DNA from: the human T2T-CHM13v2.0 reference genome, Homo sapiens
Reading direction: 5' to 3' (one strand)
DNA: 64,000 bases
Assembly: GCF_009914755.1 (NCBI RefSeq)
Contig: NC_060926.1
Each line of letters begins with the position of its first letter. Position 1 is the stretch's first letter. This document shows, piece by piece, positions 40,293 to 64,000 of this stretch. The position numbers were made by a program, and so were the translations under genes. Under the pieces are notes generated by a model. The model did no database searches. It was not told where the DNA came from and was given only the letters and a program-made list of their open reading frames with translations.

Positions 40293-40517
40293 CCACCCAC
40301 CCGTGCACACCTCCACGGGAGGGAGACCACCGCCCACCCGTGCACACCTCCACGGGAGGGAGACCACCGCCCACCCGTGCACACCTCCACGGGAGGGAGA
40401 CCACCGCCCACCCGTGCACACCTCCACGGGAGGGAGACCACCGCCCACCCGTGCACACCTCCACGGGAGGGAGACCACCGCCCACCCGTGCACACCTCCA
40501 CGGGAGGGAGACCACCA
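40293..40517. repeat. GC-rich minisatellite, 6 copies of a 37-bp unit
   Basis: Unit CCGCCCACCCGTGCACACCTCCACGGGAGGGAGACCA. GTGCAC recurs at 40303, 40340, 40377, 40414, 40451 and 40488. Confidence 0.97.
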
Positions 40518-40789
40518 CGTGCATTTGCAGGTCCACTGTGATTGGGAGCACAGTCCTTTTTCTGATGCCCCAGGCCTGCCAGGCCTTTCCCTGAGCTCTC
40601 AGCCTGAAATCCTAGAAATGAGACAGCACTCACTTGGGCTGGAGTGGGCTGGAGTCAGAGCCTCCGTAGCAGGTGGAGTCCACCCCGTGTTCAGAACCCA
40701 TTGTTAGCTCAGTGAGGGAAATTTTTCTGACTGGTGATTGGTGATTCTGACTGTGTTGGATGGTTTGGGGCTTGTGATTGTTGATGTCT

Positions 40790-40952
40790 TTGTTGTAGGG
40801 CTGTCTGTTGCACTGTAGGTTGGTTAGCAGCATTCTTGGCCGTCCTCCATTAGATGCCAGTAGCACTACTCCCGCTATTAACAACCCAAAATGTCTCCAG
40901 ACATTGCCACATATCCCCTATGGGCAAAACCACTCCCAGCTGAGAAGCACTA
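40790..40952. mobile_element. MER20 hAT element (partial)
   Basis: tagatgccagtagcac, caaaatgtctccagacattgcca. Confidence 0.8.
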
Positions 40953-41508
40953 GAGGGAAAGGAAACATGGCTAGTGCACAGTGTGGAAAATGCTGCCACT
41001 CACACTGCAGAGAACGCAGGGGATGCTGAGGAAAATCAGTGCCGGCCCATGCTCCCAGAGGGGAGGGTAGACGGTGATGCTGGAAATGGTCCCTGAGAGC
41101 ATGGAAGGCCAGGGAAGATCGGAGCTATCTTGGAGGATGGGGGGTGAAGGAGGCCGAAGAGAGTGAGGGGCTGCCAGGGAGAGGAGCTGGTGACTAAAGC
41201 CTTGCGGGGGCCTGGGTTGAGGCTGAGCAGATGCGATTTTTACAAAGACCCCTGTGTTGAGTGTGGAAGGAGGGCTGGAGGAGAGACCTGAAGCAGGGGA
41301 GTGGGCAGAGCAAATGTGGACTTTGGGACCCGACTGCCTGATTAGATTCTTGTTCTAGGGGAAGTTGCTCAGTCCCTGTGTTTGCTGATCTGAAAGTGGA
41401 AATGGCAGTGCATGAAATGAGTTAATATGTGTAAAGTTCCTACAGTGGCATGCCTGGTGACTAGTGAGCCCTCAGTAAATGTCAGTGAGTACATCCTTAT
41501 TAAGCTAA

Positions 41509-43907
<2,399 letters not shown>

Positions 43908-44074
43908 TGATCTGAGCCATGTAAAAGTGGTGTTTGGCTGGGCGCGGTTTGGCTGGGTTGAACCCAGTAGGCGGAGGTTGCAGTGAGCTGAGGTCATGCC
44001 ACTGTACTCCAGCCTGGGAGACAGAGTGAGACTGTGTCTCAAAAAAAAGAAAAAAAAATGTTATGGACCAGAGT

Positions 44075-44232
44075 TGGGCTTCTCCAAGTTTATTGTGCAG
44101 GCATGTCCGCTGGGGACCTGGCTGAAGTGCAGGTTCTGGTTCAGGAAGTCTGGGATGGGACCCAAAATTCTGCATTTCCAATGAGAGCTGGATGATGCTG
44201 CTTGTCTGAGGAGCACACTTTGAGTAGCAGGG
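44075..44232. mobile_element. MER5A
   Basis: tctgggatgggacccaaaattctgcatttc, cacactttgagtagcag. Confidence 0.75.
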
Positions 44233-45672
44233 GGCTGCAGAGTCCAGAAACAAACCTAAGGATAGATGTATACCTAGCAGACAACAGAGGTAGGAAAGGG
44301 GTGGTTTATTTCATGGGTCACGGAGTCAGATGCTGTCAGGGCTAGGAAGTGTGTAAAGCAGCTGGTGTCAGGCTGTAGGGAGCTCTGGGGCCTGAAGATG
44401 ATGTTCCTTCCACCTTAGTGTTCACATTCTAATTTAAAAAGGAAGAACAAAAAGGAGGTGAAGAAAAAGATAGGGAGGAAGCAAGACTTACTGATGGAAG
44501 CATTTTGAGGTGATGTTGGATGGCCTGGGTGGGACTTACATGACGCAGCACAGCTGGCTCTCGGGGAACAACAAAACAAAGTTGCATGCCTCATTCACAC
44601 CACAGAGGAAAATACAGTAGCATGAATTCCAGAAGGATGAAATCTCTAAATGTAAAAAATAAAGCTATGAAAATGTTAGAAGAATTGAGAGAATGTGTGT
44701 ATCATCTTGAGGTAGGGTAGACCTTCTTAAGCAAGACTGAAATCCATGAAAACAATCTGGTATCACATAAGGCATGAAGGCAAAGTCAAAAAGCAGGTAA
44801 TGTCTATGAAAAATAATGGCCAATATCACTAAAGTTTAAGAAAGTAAACTCTTTTCTACCCTTCGAATTGATGGAAGTTTTAGAGTGATAGGCTCCAGTA
44901 CTGATAACGAAAAAGGAAAGCTTTCCTTCAGTGCGGGGTGTCTGGCAATGTTTATCAGAATTGAAAATCACATACCCTTTGATCTAGATTTTGGAAGTCT
45001 AGCTTAGCTCATAAAACAAAATATCAGTAAGTACAAGCATGGTGGCGCACACCCGTAATCCCAGCTACTCTGGAGGCTGAGGCAGGAGGATTGCTTGAGC
45101 CCAGGAGTTCAAGACCAGTCTGGGCAATATAGTGAGACCCTATCTATAAAAAAAAAAAAAATTGAAAAAAATTGAAAAAAATTGAAAAAAATTTAAGTAT
45201 CATTAACTGACAATAAGATTTTTAACAAGGCTTCTGTAATTTCATGCACACAGGGGAGAATCATAAAATGGATCCCCAAGTGCCCATCACCCAGCTTCAG
45301 CAATAAATGGCATTTCACTAATCTTGCTTGCTTTCTTCTCCTCTACTTATTCCCTGCCCCCACCCTGGAGTTCTTTAAAAGCCAATTCCAAACATGTCAT
45401 GTCACCTGTAAATCATTCAATATACATTTCTAACTGATCAGAGGCTTTAATATACAAGCACATAGCCACAACACCAAATACAGTTAACACTAATTCCTTA
45501 GTATCTAATACCAGTCCACTCCATATTCAAGATTTTCCTTATTTTCTCAAAATATCTTTTTACAGTTGGTTTATTTGAGTCAGTTCAAACAAGCACTACA
45601 CACTGTATCTGCTTATATGTTTCTCAGATGTATTTTAGTACATAATACAGCACTACCTGTAGTGGCAAAAAG

Positions 45673-45674
<2 letters not shown>

Positions 45675-45715
<41 letters not shown>
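45675..45715. repeat. (CA)n microsatellite, about 20 units
   Basis: Perfect CA run. Confidence 0.95.
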
Positions 45716-45719
<4 letters not shown>

Positions 45720-46014
45720 AAATGGGACAAGAATCTCCGTAAAGTAGGTGATGATTTTGCCTATGGACAGGATCAGGATTAAAAGAGAGTGGGGTGGAAG
45801 AGGGGTTGTTAATGTTTTTTAAACACGTGTAGAAAATGTTTGACTTGGTACAAAGTGCACATTTTTATACTTGAAGAGAAAATCTTAATAAAGAAAAAAA
45901 CCAGAATAATATAATGATTCATATTGCTTTTGTTCTTCACAATGTATTTAACTAGGCAGTTTGAAATGCCCCTGGGAGTTTGGTCAGGGAGAACCCATCG
46001 TTTTCCATAGAGGA

Positions 46015-46097
46015 TTTTTTTTTGTTTGGTTGTTTTTGTTTTTTTTCTAAAGAAAATAAAGGAATCAAAGAATGGTTACTCCGTAGGCAGAGCAGCC
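46015..46097 (-). mobile_element. Second short poly(A)-tailed LTR-like fragment (MER4-group-like)
   Basis: T-rich tail, then aaaataaaggaatcaaagaatggttactccgtaggcagagcagcc. Degenerate tagag..tttt flanks. Confidence 0.6.
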
Positions 46098-46206
46098 TCT
46101 AGAGTTTTTCTTGGAGTGGTGTAACATCAAACCAGGGCTGGGTAGGCTGTGAGCTGGATTAGTGGTGTGTAACTTTAGTTTGGGTTGATTTTTACATCGT
46201 ATGTGA

Positions 46207-46975
<769 letters not shown>

Positions 46976-47079
46976 TAACTTGCACATCTGTTGATTCCAT
47001 GCTATTAGGGTGATTTGGGATCCGTGCATTGCTATCAGTGTTTAACACCATCTGTTTTCTTCTGTCCTCTTCCCCCCAG

Positions 47080-47114
47080 GCATCCACCATGTTACGAGCC
47101 TCCTTGGCACCCGT
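47080..47114 (+). CDS. ARMC9: ARMC9 35-nt small exon (phase 0-2)
   Basis: Long pyrimidine tract, then ccccag|GCATCC...CCCGT|gtaagt. Encodes ASTMLRASLAP(V). Confidence 0.93.
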
Positions 47115-47312
47115 GTAAGTAACTGCTCTTAGGAATTTTTATTAAGGAGAACAGCAATGTGTAAAACGGGAATTCAAAGTGTCTTTAATAAACACTTAGC
47201 AGCCTAGGTTAGAGGAATGCCTTTGAGCTAGAGCTACATGTGAATATTAAAGGAAATACGAGTACTTATAAGTAATGTTGTTAAACTAGAATTATTTTTT
47301 ATTGCCTGTGTG

Positions 47313-48974
<1,662 letters not shown>

Positions 48975-49434
48975 CCCGACTGCTTACTCTTCACACTTGT
49001 TTCCTGACTGTTGTTCATATTCCCCCGGTCCAGTAGCTCAGGCTTGAGAGGAACAGTGGCTTCAGGTGTTTAGGTAGAACTCTTGGGGCCTGCTGATGCT
49101 AATTTTCTTTGAATTATGTCCAAAATTCTAAACAGAACTTCAGTGGAAAGTCATGATGCCCTCAAGGTGATTTCTTCCCTATGCTAGGGAGGTCTGGCTG
49201 AAGGTGAATGTAGGGGTTTCTAAATCTGTTCAGGCAAAGACTCCTTGTTTTAGGAAAAATGTTAAACAGAACCTAAGTCCATCCAACAGAATAGGCAGAG
49301 CTGAGCTGGTTGAAGCTGAGGTAGGAGCCTAGAACCCAGCCCGCCCTCCAAGTGGAAGCCGGGAGGTCATGCTGGGAGCCCATGGGAACAGCAGGCTCTA
49401 GCTTGGGTGTCATAATGCTCAGGAGGTGTAATAA

Positions 49435-49677
<243 letters not shown>

Positions 49678-50084
49678 TAACCCATCTTCCAGAAATCTTT
49701 CTTCCCCGCTGTCTGCTGACACCAAGAACGGAAGTCAAAAGCCACTTCTGAAGATAGCCTGGGCCTCCTTTTAGAAACTCCTATATTATGGCAATTGTGA
49801 TGTAATGAGTTAGATAAATGAATTTCAAGGCCCAAGAGACTGCACCTGTGTGTAGCCCTTTCCTGGTGATGAGCCCCACTCTGCTTGTGTGAGTGCGTGG
49901 AGTCAGGGTTACCCACAGTCCCACAGAGGTTCTGTATTCAGCCACTGCCATGCAGCCACGCTGGACAGGCACCAACGAAAGAACTCCTGTTCACAGGGCC
50001 TAAGGAAAGTGTCCTGGTCCCCATCGCTACTTTTCTGCCTGGTCTTCAGACTGAGTGCAGTTGAAGTCAACAACTGGTTCTCAA

Positions 50085-50862
<778 letters not shown>

Positions 50863-52209
50863 ACTCAAGCCAACAGTGGTTGAGCCAGCAGTTCTTTAAC
50901 TGAACAGTCCATTCTAATTCATTAGCATCAGACACCTTCATGGACACCCAAATTTCAAGGTGTCTTGGCATCAGGATCCTTAGCAATTTCCCATCTGTGG
51001 ATAGAAACAGTTCTCACTTGCATGCTTCTATGGTAGTGCTTCCTGAAGTACGTCTTGAGGACTCGGACGACGTATCCAGGATCCACAGGAAGAGTCCTGT
51101 GGACAAGCAGTGGTGTCTGCTCTGGTTTTGTTTGGGTCAGGACTAGAGTGGGTGGGGCAGCATGAGTCATCCACGGTGGCCGTTTCCTCCCTGGCCATTG
51201 CCTCTCTCTGCTCAAGCTCTCAAACTCATCTTTTATGCGGCTCTTGGTTTACTGACGCTGCACTTCCTCTCAGTCCGTGCTACTCCTGAGCCTCTTGCTG
51301 AGACAGGGTATTCCTTTGCTGAGAGGGTGACATCTTCACAGAATAACCAGGAAAAGTGAACAGGTTTCTAATGTTTTTGTCTGTGTCCCCCTCCAGTGCC
51401 CCCACCCGGCTTTTTGCCCCTGCTTCAACCTCAGTGAACTCAACGGAAGGGTAGCAGCACCCCAGTGTGACATTCCAGGCACACCCTGGCCATGGTCATC
51501 ACATCTGTTGGCAGTGCCTGCTCTGGAGGCCTCCCCGGCTCTCCTTCCAGCCCAGGGCGTCTGATGCTCTGGCCTGCGCTCTTGCCCACGCTAAGAACTA
51601 GCATATTCCTTGCACATCTAGCTTCTCTTTGGCTAGAAGCAGGGCTTGCAGCCTCAGGATTTTTATCTAGTAGGATTTTCCTGAAAAAGCAAGGATATTT
51701 GCTCACTCTGTTACATGCTTTTTCATATCCCACCTCACACCTGTACACACCGATGTGCACACGCACATACCCGTTATACATGCTCTCCACACGAAAATTT
51801 TCTTCTAGCCCTGTGGACATTGCGTAAATTTTTACTTGTAGCAACATGACAGACTTATGGCTTTCTAAAATCTACAAAATTCTAGCCAGCTACCTCTACA
51901 CTCATGCATGCACGCACACACACGTGCACACAAGCGCACATGCACTGTATCACTCTGTCATTCCCAATAGGATAGGATAGAGTGAATTTGTTGGCAGGGC
52001 ATGCATTCAGAGTGCTCTACAGTCAGCCCTGGGCCCCTCCCACTGAGCCCACTCCACTGTGCCCTGTATTATACTTTCCTGAGCTAGACCTCACTTCCCT
52101 ATCCCCCACTGTGCTCATGCTCCCCTGTGCTGGTTAATAGGCTGCCCATCCTGCAGGGACCAGCTCCTGAGCCCCTTTATATAAGAAATGCTTCTCTGGG
52201 CATGGATGA

Positions 52210-52615
<406 letters not shown>

Positions 52616-52800
52616 CCGCATCATAGGTTCTCGTTTTGGTTGGCTGGTTAACTTGCCACCACTCCCCAAGCTGGATATTACTTATTTTGTTTGGTTAAAT
52701 GTGTAGGTACTGATACTGCCATCTAAAACACACCTGCTATGAGAAACTTTTCTCCATGATAAGACTTAGGTCTCACTACTTTTGTTTTTCTTTGCTCCAG

Positions 52801-52893
52801 CGCTTGACCACATCCCATCCTGGAGAGCAGAGGGAGACCGTTCTGCAAGCCTACATCAGCAATGACCTCTTGGACTGTTATAGCCACAACCAG
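52801..52893 (+). CDS. ARMC9: ARMC9 coding exon (93 nt, phase 0-0)
   Basis: tttgctccag|CGC...CAG|gttggt. Encodes [31 protein letters not shown]. Confidence 0.94.
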
Positions 52894-53759
52894 GTTGGTA
52901 AGAGGTGGGGCCAGATCCCAGCCAGGGCCTTCAATTCTAGGGAATGATCTTAGCAGATGGGGGAAGCTTATAATTTCTCTGCACATTTTCAGCTTCGTAA
53001 CTGTATGTCAGCCTTGAGCTCATGAGGTTCTGGGCATTGGCTTACTTTTTGCTTCTAGTGAAGAGTTCTAAACAAGTTAGAACTGCCTGATTCATCATCT
53101 CTGGAGCTCTTTTCTGCCGTTTTTCCTTTTCTCAAATTCCCTACTCTTTACCTCACCTCACTGCTTACCATGAGTCCTGAAAACTGAGTATGACTTCAGA
53201 GGGACAAGGTAGGTAAGCAAATTCAGGTTGTTTACATCTGGGCCTGACTAAAAATTTCTTTAACACAGTACTTTACTTATAGTTTTGGGCCAGATAGGTC
53301 TACTGATCCTGTGGGAAAAGTATGAGACTTGGGGTAAAATAAACTGGCTTTCAAACCTCTGCTCTACCACTCATTAGCCAGGTCACCGTAAGCAAGTTAC
53401 TCAGTCTCAGGCACCTCCTCATCTGGGCAAGGAGCCGCGCCTGCCTCGGGAGGTCGTTGGGATGATTACATACAGTCAGGTGGGGGAAGTCCTTAAGCCC
53501 CAGGCCTGGTACCAAGTAGTCACTACATGGTCTTTCTCTTCTGTCCTTGCCCCTCCTACCTGTATCTGCACCAAACTTCACTGGACAGGAGGAGGATCAG
53601 GATTTTGAATTTGGCACGTGTTAAGAGTGTACTACATTTTATTATTTCAGTTGAATTTTTATCCAGAGTGCTGTAAAAATGTAAAGCTATTGTTAAACTT
53701 CACAACGTGTGCACTGAGTGGAGTATCAAATGCTCTGGACACTCACCGATTAAACAGCT

Positions 53760-54121
53760 GTCTTAGGCCATTTCCTGCTGCTGTAACAGAATACCACAGA
53801 TAGGGTAATTTATAAACAATCCAAGGGTATTGTGCTCATAGTTCTGGAGTCTAGGAAGTCCAAGAGCATGGCGCCAGCATCTGGCAAGAGTCATCCCAAA
53901 GCAAAAGGCAGAAGGCAGAAGTGAGCGTGCAAGTCAGAGAATGGGGGTCGAAGCTGTCTTTTTATCAGGAGCCTACTCGCACAATAACTAACCCACTCCG
54001 GCAATAATGGCATTAATCCATTAATGCCTAATATCCTCTTAAAGGTCCCACCTCCCTGTACTACTACATTGGCAATTAAATGTCGATATGAGTTTTGGTG
54101 GGGACATTGAAACCATAGCAA
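53760..54121. mobile_element. MST (ERVL-MaLR) solo LTR
   Basis: tgtcttagg..tgctgctgtaacagaataccacaga...gggacattgaaaccatagca. Confidence 0.85.
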
Positions 54122-54563
54122 CAGACCGTGGGAAAGTGAGTTACACATTCATCTGTTGTGCATACAGGCAATACAATCTGAGTTTTGAGTTGCCAGTTTA
54201 CTCTGTGAATGTAGTCTTAATGTTCTCATGAATGAGTTAAGTTTGAAAATAGTCTCTCATATTCTTGACTTATTTTCTTGCTTTTTTTTCCTGTTTGGAT
54301 TTATAATGGCATTGAATCCAGCCTACAAGGCATGAAGCAGCTGAATAATGTATTGTTATAACTTCCAAACTCAAATTAAAGAGTAAAGTCAATACTGATT
54401 ATTTCTAACATTATTTCATTGAGTCGAAGATACACTTTTTCCCCCCATTTTAACATCTTTGCTATTAGGGTGTATCTGACAGTCAATGGCATTTTACAGT
54501 TTAATTGGCAGGGGTTTTTTTCTTTCTTGATTATGTATAAAATGAAAATGTGTCCTCTGATGA

Positions 54564-56524
<1,961 letters not shown>

Positions 56525-56657
56525 GTTCTCTTAAGATGTCAGAGAATCTGCAGGGCAGAAAGACTCCTTGTCCAACATGGATGCTGTGTCACTATGGCAC
56601 CAAGGTAAACTGACCTGTACAGACAGGAAATTGAATTCGTTGGTTCATTCCTCTCCC

Positions 56658-56838
56658 ATAGTGGTTCTCAAAGTTTAACATGCATCGTTATCTCCTGGAG
56701 GTCTCATTAAAACAGATCACTGGGTCCCACCAACAGTTTCCATTCAATAGGTCTATGGTGGGGCCCAAGGATTTGCATTTCCAACAAGTTTTCCAGTGAT
56801 GCTAATACTGCTGGTCCAGGATGCGTTGAGAATTACAG
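56658..56838. mobile_element. MER5A
   Basis: agtggttctcaaagt...atttgcatttccaacaagt...ttgagaa. Confidence 0.8.
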
Positions 56839-56929
56839 CTTGAGACCAAAAACTTGAATGGAGCCAAATTTAATGAAATTGTAGAGAACTGAATTTTTCA
56901 TTTTTAGCTGAATTCTTAGTTTCTAGACT

Positions 56930-57400
56930 TCATAAATATCTCTCTTCATATCTCTAAGCATCTTACCCATTTTTAGGTGTACAGTTCAGTGGTATTAAAC
57001 ACATTCATAATGTGCAACCATCATGTGCCATCCATCTCCATAAATAACTTTTTTCATCTAGTAAAACTGAAACTCTGTACCCATTAAGCAATAATTCTCC
57101 ATTTCCCCCTACTCCAGGCCCCTGGCAAATTCCCATTCTACTATCTGTCTCTATGATTGTGACTACTCCAAATACCTCATATAAGTAGAATTGTACAGTA
57201 TTTTTCTTTTTGTGACTGGCTTATTTCACTTAGCTAATGTCCTCAGGTTCATCCACGTAGCATATGTCAGAATTTCTTTCCTTTTTAAGGCTAACATTTC
57301 ATCATATGGGTGGACCATATTTTGCGTATCTATCTCTTCCTCCGTCAGTAGAAGCTACTGTGGATAGTGCTGCTGTGAAGTGTGCATGCACATCCTGACT
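56930..57400 (-). mobile_element. L1MB-like 3' fragment
   Basis: tgtacagttcagtggtattaa, ttgtgactggcttatttcacttagc. Confidence 0.8.
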
Positions 57401-57638
57401 GTTGTGTTAATCCGCTCCTTGCTTTTCTTTATAGTTTTCCCATCTATGTATATCCCGCATAATACAGTGTTTGCTTTTGTGCTGAGTAGCAAGCATCAGC
57501 CTTGCTCTGCAAGGAAACAGGACTGTGCCCATGTTAGATGAAGTTAGCTAGGAGAAGATGGCATAAACCAAAGTTTGGGATGACAGTTAGACATAGCCTC
57601 CCTGAGCACTTATTGATCCCCTCTGGGGACATTGGTAA

Positions 57639-60177
<2,539 letters not shown>

Positions 60178-61377
60178 TAGCAGATGTCTTCATCTTTATT
60201 TTCTGACCCTTCTGTTGACACTTTTATTTCCTTTTTGATAGCATTCTCTTGTTTCATGGATATAATACAGTTTCTTATATCTTTGAGGATATTATTGATG
60301 AATTTTTATTTAATTTTTAGTTTTCTTCTCCCTGCACGGTCTCATTTACTCCAAGCCCCGCCCCCACCCTCCCCCCCTATTTGTTTTGGCCTCCTGGTAG
60401 AAACTTTTCTCAGATGTCTGCTAGTCCTTGGTGATCTCCTAATGAGAGATTTGGAGTGAAGGGGACCACAAAGCCATTGAGTGTGATGGTGGGGCCTGTC
60501 GATGGATAGTTCCACCCAGGGGGATCTGGGTGGGCCGTTTGCTGGGAACCTCTGATTTCACGGTCTCTAATTCTTTCCCCGTGGGCTGGTCATTTCACTG
60601 TGAGAATAGTCTTCTAATCTCAGGCCTAGAGGGCAAAGGTCTGGTTGCCAGGGTCCTGGGAGCCAAGTTTTGGGGTGGCCCTCTGTTCCACATTCATTCT
60701 GCATTTAGACACTAACCCCCCTCTCCATTTTGTTCTAGAACCCCGGCAAGCCTTGCTCTCCTCTGCCTGGTGTCCCAGATCCACAGACCCTTTGTGTCTC
60801 CCTCACAAGGGAACACCCTCTCCCCAGCCCTGTGCTGAGAGGTGTGCAGGAGTCACATGAGTGGGATCCAAGTGCTTCTTGAACAACTTTAATTCATTCG
60901 TCTTTATTTTTCTTCAGCTCTTAAGTGCTTTGAGGAGTGAGTAATGGAAATTGGGTAATTCCACAGTGCCCGTTGCTGCCTTGAGATTTGGCCTTCTTGA
61001 GCCTGCTAAGCCTCTTGCCATGCTGCAGTCCCACTTCCAGAATTGTGGCGTTATCGTTTCTCGTGCTGTTCTCTCTGTCCTTGGGAATTATCTTTTTTAA
61101 CAGTCCATTTATTGTAGTTTTACTGTGGCTTAGAGGGAGCCAAATTAGTCATGTGTCTTGGATCTGCCATTCTAACCTGGAAAACAGCCGCAACGGTAAC
61201 AGCAAACAGGACTGCTTCCCTCGCGCCAGTCACTGTTCTGAGGGCTTCGTGTAATTAATTCATTTAATTTGGAAGTCTGACTAACTTATTTTTGCCAAGT
61301 CTCATCAAATTTCAGTTGGAAAACAAGGATTCCAGATGAAATGTTTGGCTTTAGTCTGTTTATTTCACCTCTAATAA

Positions 61378-61593
<216 letters not shown>

Positions 61594-62679
61594 TAAGAGC
61601 TAGGTCATATTGATGTGCTTTTTCCTTTGAAAATGAGCGTTCCTCCCAAGTTTCTTAGAGATGACGCTTCCTCAGTTTGTTACCGTTTAATTCATCTAAG
61701 GTCTTTTGTGAAAATTAATTGTTGTCATATTGCTTTAGTTTATATCAGAGCACATTTGGACAGTTTTTGGGGTTTATTTTGTAAACCTCCCGGTTTTATT
61801 TTATAAAGCTTTCTGGTTTTGTAACATAGTAACATTTTATATTGCTTTCAAGTATATCACAGGTAATGAATGCATCTTCTATAATTTTCTACTTAAGGCA
61901 AAATAAGTGAAACAATTACGGCAAAATAAGCTTAGCGAAACAAAGCAGACTCCAATAAACACTGCACCATTTCCTTCAGAAGACTATGACCTCTTAAATC
62001 AAAGGATTTGAAAACTCTGAAAATAACATGCCCCCATAACTGAATTTAAAATGATTTTGCAAAGTGCCATTATCTTCCGTAAGTTCTTATTTATTTGAGC
62101 TCTTTATAATGTGAATAAAGGGAGTTTTCAAATTATGAATATATGATACTCCAAAACTTTGTTCATTTGTTCATTCGTTCTTCCATCCATTTGGCAGACA
62201 TTTATGATAAGCCAGGATGTGTTACTGAGGACCATTCATATAATAATACTGTTGAAACTTATGTCTGAAATTAACATCTTCCATATCCATTCAGAAGTCC
62301 ACAACAGGCTAGGGACCATTCTGGGCTTATTACAGGGTCCCAGGTGTGGCTTCCTGCTTCTTCTCCAGGCCTTGTACAGAGAGTGTGTATGGAAGCATTC
62401 CTTGGCTGCCTCTGTTGTGAAGACTTAAGGGCTCATAACACACACATTACCCCTCATTTCTCTTTGTAGATCTGACTGTTGGGTTCAGGATTTCATGGAA
62501 AAAAAAGGACAATGCTCCCCACAAGAACACAGCAATGAATTATGTTTAGCTCACAAGAAGAGTGGTTTTTCTAGTCACCAGATATTTCATTGAATAAAAC
62601 CAACGTTTAACGTTTAGAAGAAATATCTTTTAATAAGTTTTAATAAGTTTTGTGGGGGTTTTGTGTGTGTGTGTGTGTT

Positions 62680-63312
62680 TGGTTTTTTTTTTTTTTTTTT
62701 TTTTTGAGAGAGTCTCACTTTGTCAACCAGACTGGAGTACAGTGGCATGATCTCGGCTCACTGTAGCCTCAACCACCTGGGCTCAAGGAATACTCCTCGC
62801 GCCTCAGCCCCCCAATTAGCGGGATCAACAGGTGTGCATCATCATACCTGGCTAATGTTCCTTAGTTTTTATAGAGATGAGGTTACGCCCTGTTGCCCAG
62901 GCTGGTCTCCAACGCCTCGGCTCAAACAGTCTACCTGCCTCAGCCTCCCAAAGTGCTAGGGTTACAGGCGTGAGCCACCTTGCACAACCAGTAAGTGTTT
63001 GTTTGTTTGTTTGTTTGTTTGTTTGTTTTGAGATGGAGTCTCGCTCCGTCATTCAGGCTAGAGTGTGGTGGCACGATCTCAGGCTCACTGCAACCTGCCT
63101 CCTGGGGTCTAGCAATTCTCCTGCCTCAGCCTCCCGAGTAGCTGGGATTACAGGCATCTGCCACCACACCCAGCTAATTTTTGTATTTTTAATAGAGACG
63201 GGGTTTCACCATGTTGGCCAGGCTGGTCTCAAACTCCTGGCCTCAGGTGATCTGCCTGCCTTGGCTTCCCAAACTGCTAGGATTACAGGCGTGAGCCACC
63301 GCGCCCTGCCCA
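62680..63312 (-). mobile_element. Tandem AluJ and AluS
   Basis: Antisense dimers with a repeated (cag)taagtt target remnant. Confidence 0.88.
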
Positions 63313-63325
63313 GTAAGTTTTTTAG

Positions 63326-63574
<249 letters not shown>

Positions 63575-64000
63575 TAACGACTGTGCAATAGGTCACGGTG
63601 TCTCCTGTGAGATCAGATTGAGTTAAAATTCCCATGGCAACCCAGGAGGCAGATGGTATTTTTCCACTACACTTTGGAGAGGTTGGATGACTTTCTAAGA
63701 CAGAGCTAGAAAGCTTATCTGTAATCCACTAAACTATCCAGCGCAAGGCTGCTGGGGATGGAGGAAGACATTTTCAAAGCATCATTGGATTTTCCTAATG
63801 GACATTATCGAGTGCCAGCCATGCAGGATTGTGTCTCAGGGCATGTGCAGGGCTTAGAGACAGACACATGAATCAGACCTGATAGAGCCTCAGCCCTCAA
63901 GTTACTTCCAGTCCCCTGTGGGAGCTGCACACATGAATGCACATCCCAGCAGAGTGTCAAGGGCAGTTCTGTGGAAGTCAGGGTTAGGGCCTCCTGACCT

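Noticed and set aside
40132-40707. Overlapping repetitive ORFs on both strands, and a CRISPR-like look
   Set aside because: They come from the stop-free 37-bp tandem repeat. There are no unique spacers and the DNA is human.

Overview
Human (primate) genomic DNA lying entirely within the + strand gene ARMC9 (LisH/armadillo ciliary protein, Joubert syndrome gene). Eleven consecutive internal coding exons (about residues K60-R445) were read by eye with GT-AG boundaries. They join into one open frame of 1157 nt, with no start or stop exon in the window. The intron 13311-17263 is U12-type (minor spliceosome) and is followed by a 25-nt microexon. The introns hold roughly 55 Alus or Alu fragments, old L1/L2/MIR pieces, MaLR LTRs and DNA transposons. 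They also hold an ORF-intact RPS28 retrocopy inside an AluY tail, a 28S rRNA 3'-end fragment abutting telomere-like hexamers, a 6x37-bp minisatellite, two very short hairpin-forming poly(A)-tailed retrocopies, and a stack of five retroelements at one target site. Almost all ORFs in the supplied track are Alu, L1 or VNTR artefacts. I found no convincing novel multi-gene system. Repeat boundaries and subfamily names are approximate, by-eye calls, and reference comparisons are from memory.
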